Positions 60,001 through 64,000 of a DNA stretch of 64,000 nucleotides are shown here, in pieces. The notes below the pieces were generated by a model. The model was not told where the DNA came from and made no database searches. It was given only the letters and a program-made list of their open reading frames with translations. The DNA is taken from positions 124,001 to 188,000 of the forward strand of contig QPMI01000615.1 of assembly GCA_004431415.1 (NCBI GenBank), in the 5' to 3' direction. Position 1 is the first letter of the stretch. Every line of letters starts with the position of its first letter. The DNA is from Cyanophora paradoxa CCMP329 (lineage: Eukaryota > Plantae > Glaucophyta). Both the position numbers and the translations under genes were made by a program.

Positions 60001-61318
60001 CCCTGCGCGGCGGTGAGCGTGCGGGGCGCGGCGGCGCGGGGAGGGCGCGGGGCGCGCCTCCGTGCCCGGGTCGCCGGGGAGCTTGAAGGTCGGGGCCTGG
60101 ATGCCGGCCAGGTGGACGGTGACCTGCCCGAGGCCGTGAGGGGCCGAAGGCGCGGCGGAGAGGGCGCCGGGGGGCGGGCGGGCCATGTGGAAGGAAGGCA
60201 GGAGGAGCGCCCGCAGGGTCGAGCCGTCGCGGACCTGCTCGATGACCGCTGCGGCGGCGGCGGGCTCGGGGGCGCCCCGAGAAAGGAAAGGAAAGGAGAG
60301 GAAAGGAAGGGGGCGGCACCGTGCAGGCGGCGGCCCTTGAGCTCGTCGAGGAGCGAGTGGGCGTCGTAGTCGTCGTAGTGGACGTCGCGGACGGAGGAGA
60401 GCGAGTCGGCGTCCTTGTTCCACAGGCCGCGCTTCTCCTGCTCCGCCATCTGCTCCGCCTTGACCAGCTCCTCGTAGTCGGGGCTCGCGCTGACCTCCGG
60501 GCCCTGCCGCATGCGCTGGACCTTGCACCAGCCGTTCTCGACGACCGCCTGGTTGATGTTCTCGCCGCTCTCCGGCGTGATCGTCTGCGCGTTGCCCTCC
60601 GGCAGCAGCCAGACGGTCGCGAAGTCGCGCCCGTTGCGCGAGTAGTCGATGCGGAAGTAGATCGGCTTGCCGATCACCTGCGCGGCGCCGCGCGTCAGAC
60701 GCGGAGGCATGAGCATCGGAGGAGACCGCGGCCGACCTTGCGACGGAGGAACTCGCGGCTGGCCCAGGCGTACGGCTGCGAGGACCGGACACGGGGTCGC
60801 GTGAGCGCCACCCGCGCGGAGCGCTTGCAGGCGCTAGCGCGCGAATGACGAGGCACCTCATCACGCCGATCGCGGTTGCCGATGCGAGGGGCCATCAGCG
60901 AGGCGAGGTTGATTTGCCTGAATGGAACGCGCCGCGTCACAGCAGAACGGCAAGCGGGCAGGGTCCCCGCGGTCGAGCCGCCACGCTCGCATTAGCATCG
61001 TCAAAGAAGAACCGAACGCACCGCTCGGGAGCCGGGGCGAGGCCGCTGGCGCCACCGAGACTGTCGAATGGAAAGGAAGACCAGTGTCAGTACGGCGGCG
61101 CCGATGGGAGGCCTGCGAGCGCTGCGAACGGTGCACGGGAGATGCTCACCCCATGACGAGCATGGTGTCGCCGGAGAGAACGGCCTGCAGTGTGGTCAGC
61201 CGCGCGCCTCCAACGTCCGTGTCGTCCCGCGCGGGCGACGCGACGCCGGACGCTTCTTGTCGGACCCACTCGGACGGGAGCTCACCTTCACGATGCCACG
61301 GCCGCGGTTGTTCGCCAT
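57017..61318 (-). CDS. SND1: Tudor staphylococcal nuclease (Tudor-SN/SND1)
   Basis: Four SN repeats (GIVK|AVLSGDT, EPYAWASREFLRRK, VIEQVRDGST, VVEVASGDT, EPYGWEAKEFLRSALIG, VQYVTNGHRFKL), Tudor domain AKFSADDQWYRARV...VTFVDYGN, C-terminus NMWQYGD. Confidence 0.93.
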
Positions 61319-61363
61319 CTTGCCCGAACTGAACTGTGGTGGGGGGGGCTACACGCACAAACC
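61319..61363. promoter_or_regulatory. 45-bp interval between divergent start codons of Tudor-SN and uL1m (putative bidirectional promoter or overlapping 5' UTRs)
   Basis: ATG on the minus strand at 61318 and ATG on the plus strand at 61364. Confidence 0.5.
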
Positions 61364-62798
61364 ATGCTGCGGCTGGCCTCGGCGGGCCTCAGGGCCGCCG
61401 TCGCGCCGGCGGCGCTGCCGCAGTTGGCAAGGGAAGAGGCGTGCTATGCGCTCTTCGAGGCGCAGCGCGGCCTCGCGACGGCCGCGAAGAAGGTCGGGCC
61501 CGCCAGTCCCGCGGCCCATGCTCTGCTGAATACCGCCGCTTGCCGCCGTGCAGAAGAAGAAGAAGTTCGCCGTCCCGCGGCCCGCGCAGCGGTACGATCT
61601 GACGGAGGCCGTGCGGCTCACGAAGGTCCGCCAGGCGGCACGGTTGATCGCCTCGCGCCCTGCACTGCCTTCTGATCTCCGTGCAGTGCCTGGCGACCGC
61701 GCGATTCGACGAGACGATGAACGTGGCTGTCAACTTGCTGATCGACCCCCGCGTCGGCACCAACATTGTGCGCGGCTTCGCCCAGCTGCCCCACGGCACT
61801 GGCAAGAAAGTGCGCGTCGCCGTGTTCGCGCGGTGCGCCGCCCGTCCCGCCCGCCGCCCTCCCGGCGTTCAAGCAGACATCCGACCGCCTCTGGGCGCTG
61901 CGCAGCGGCGAGAAGGCGAGCGAGGCCGCAGCGGCGGGCGCAGACGTCGTCGGCGCCGAGGATCTCGTTGGTGCGCACCGGCCCCTGCGCCGGGCGCGCC
62001 AACGGCGTGACGCTGAGCGGCGGGGCGGGGCGCAGCGCAAGTGAAGGAGGGGAAGATCGAGTTCGACAAGGCGCTGGCGACGCCGGACGTGATGGCCATC
62101 GTCGGCCGCGTCGCGCCCGTGCTCGGGCCCCGCGGCCTCATGCCCAACCCCAAGATGGGCACCGTGCGCCCCCGGAGCCGGCCGCCCCGGCCCGGCCCCC
62201 GCTCAGCCGCCGCGCGGCGCAGGTGACGACGGACATCGCGGGGGCGGTGCGGGCGGCAAAGGCCGGCAAGGTGGACTTCCGCAACGACAAGGCCGGCATC
62301 ATCCACGCCGGCCTCGGCAAGGTGCCGAGCCCCCGCGCCCCCCCGAGCGCCGCGCCCGGGGGCCCCGCCGCTCACGCGGGGGCCGCGCGGCAGGTGAGCT
62401 GGCCGGAGGAGAAGCTGGCGGAGAACGTCAAGGAGTTCGTCGCCGCCCTCCTCCGCGCCCGCCCCGCCGTGCGCCCCGCCCCGCCGCCCCTCGGCAGCCG
62501 GCGCGCCTGACCTCGCGCCGGCTCGCGGGGGCAGGCGATCACGGGGGAGTACATCGCGAAGGTGACGCTCTCGAGCACGATGGGCGGCGGCGTCTCCGTC
62601 GAGCTCGGCTCCATCCACGAGTCCCTCGCCCCCCGCGCCCCCAAGCGCGCCGCCTCCCCCGCCCCGCCCCGCCGCCCCCGTCGCCGCCCCCGCATGAAGC
62701 CCCGCGCCCGTGCTGCGTGCTCGTGCAACCGGACGCGCGTTCACGCGGAGCGGCCCCTCCTGAGTGCGCGGTCCGGTCCGAGCCTGCCTAGATTTTGA
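61364..62798 (+). CDS. MRPL1: Ribosomal protein uL1, bacterial type, probably mitochondrial; 3' end approximate
   Basis: [78 protein letters not shown]; presequence-like [13 protein letters not shown]. Confidence 0.9.
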
Positions 62799-64000
62799 TT
62801 CTCTAGATCTGGAACTCGCAGGCGCACCTGCGTGCACGCAGCCCTTCGGGACCTAGGCTTACCGCTTCGAATTCGGGGCCTAGGCCGACCAGGTGTCCAC
62901 GTCCCCTCGGGCCCAAGCCACAGCTAGCACTCGCTGTCTGCAGCGCGGCGCCCCGGAGCTGCGCACCCCGCCGCGGCCGGCGCCCTCTCTAGATCTCTAG
63001 ATCTCGAGCTGTGCGCCCAGAACTAGATCTAGATCTCTGAAATCGATTTCGAGCTGTGCGCCCGGAACTCTGCGAAATCGATATCGTATACGTACGCGTG
63101 CGCGCGTAAGCTCTAGCTAGCGATCGATCGCCCCCCGGCCCCGCCCCTCTAGCTATAGCTATAGATCTAGATCTGAATTCGAACACATGTACATATGCAT
63201 GCGCCTCCCCCCAGCGCCCCCCCCCCCCAAAGAGCGGTGGGGGGGTACGTGCTGATGCAGAGCGCCGCTTGAGTTTCGAGCCGCGACGTCGACCGACCGT
63301 CGGACCTCTTGAGTTTGAGCGCTCGGCGAGAGAGCTGCAGCGTCGCCGGCGCTGAGTGAAGCAAGAGCCGTCCTGTCAATTGCAAGCGCGCCCGAAGCAA
63401 TCTCCGGCGCGGGCGATTCTCCGCGCGAGGCGCCGTCAGCGGTGCATTCTAAAGCGGTTCTGCGCACGTCAAGGTGCGCGGATGCGCGCCGCGCCCGAAT
63501 GATGTCGGCGTGCGTTTTGACCGCTGCGCATACGCATGATTATGCACCTCGTCGTCGATCAGTTCTCGCTGGCATCTCCATCTCTTGCTGCTAAGGCTCC
63601 ACTCCGGGTCTACTTTCACAACTTTTGCGTGCTCTGACAGGTGTGTGCGCATGCGGGTCGCGAGTGCGCATGCTGTGCTTAGATCTAGAGCGTGCGAGCT
63701 TGAGAACGTTTTAAATCAACCATATGCATGGCCAGTTCTTGATCTAGTACTAGTTCTCGTGCTTGCCCGGCACCAATTTGCAAAACCCGAATTCATGGCG
63801 CCTCGAGCTCGGCCCGCGGCCGCGCGCGCGCGGCCACGCGCGCCGACCACGCGCACGTGCACGCGTTTTGAAATTAAACTACGAGCAGATCTAGAAAGAA
63901 CAAATGAGACGGTCGTTTTCTGGCTCGCGGACGAGCGCATGCAAGTCCGGTCGCGGATCCGGAGGCCCAGGGCGGTCCGGATCCGGAGCGCCTTCGGGAC

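Overview
This is very GC-rich eukaryotic nuclear DNA with many short introns, so most of the supplied ORFs are spurious; I assembled genes by hand across introns and exon boundaries are approximate. Three genes have Phe-start, transit-peptide-like N-termini, which suggests an archaeplastid alga, possibly a glaucophyte (inference). Gene order: MCM9 (-), plastid-type Mfd (+), histidine acid phosphatase (-), then a near-identical 7.29 kb tandem duplication (RRM gene, RRM gene, GET1/WRB, minisatellites, Nudix, coiled-coil gene). After it come a YkgJ-type Cys-cluster gene and an intron-containing SbtA-family bicarbonate transporter. A ~22 kb accessory block follows, with two paralogous genes built from tandem divergent AP2-like modules, a SINE-like element and a BAH-domain gene; one AP2-like gene is split by a 5.5 kb CACTA-like element with 71-bp TIRs and a 3-bp TSD. 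The window ends with Tudor-SN (-) and mitochondrial uL1 (+). The most unusual signal is a pervasive X-revcomp(X)-X trinucleotide inverted-triplication pattern. It is caught once as a +6 bp difference between paralogous introns and may be the frame-preserving excision footprint of 3-bp-TSD transposons. Other highlights are the nuclear SbtA, the multi-AP2 family and a high fraction of GC-AG introns.
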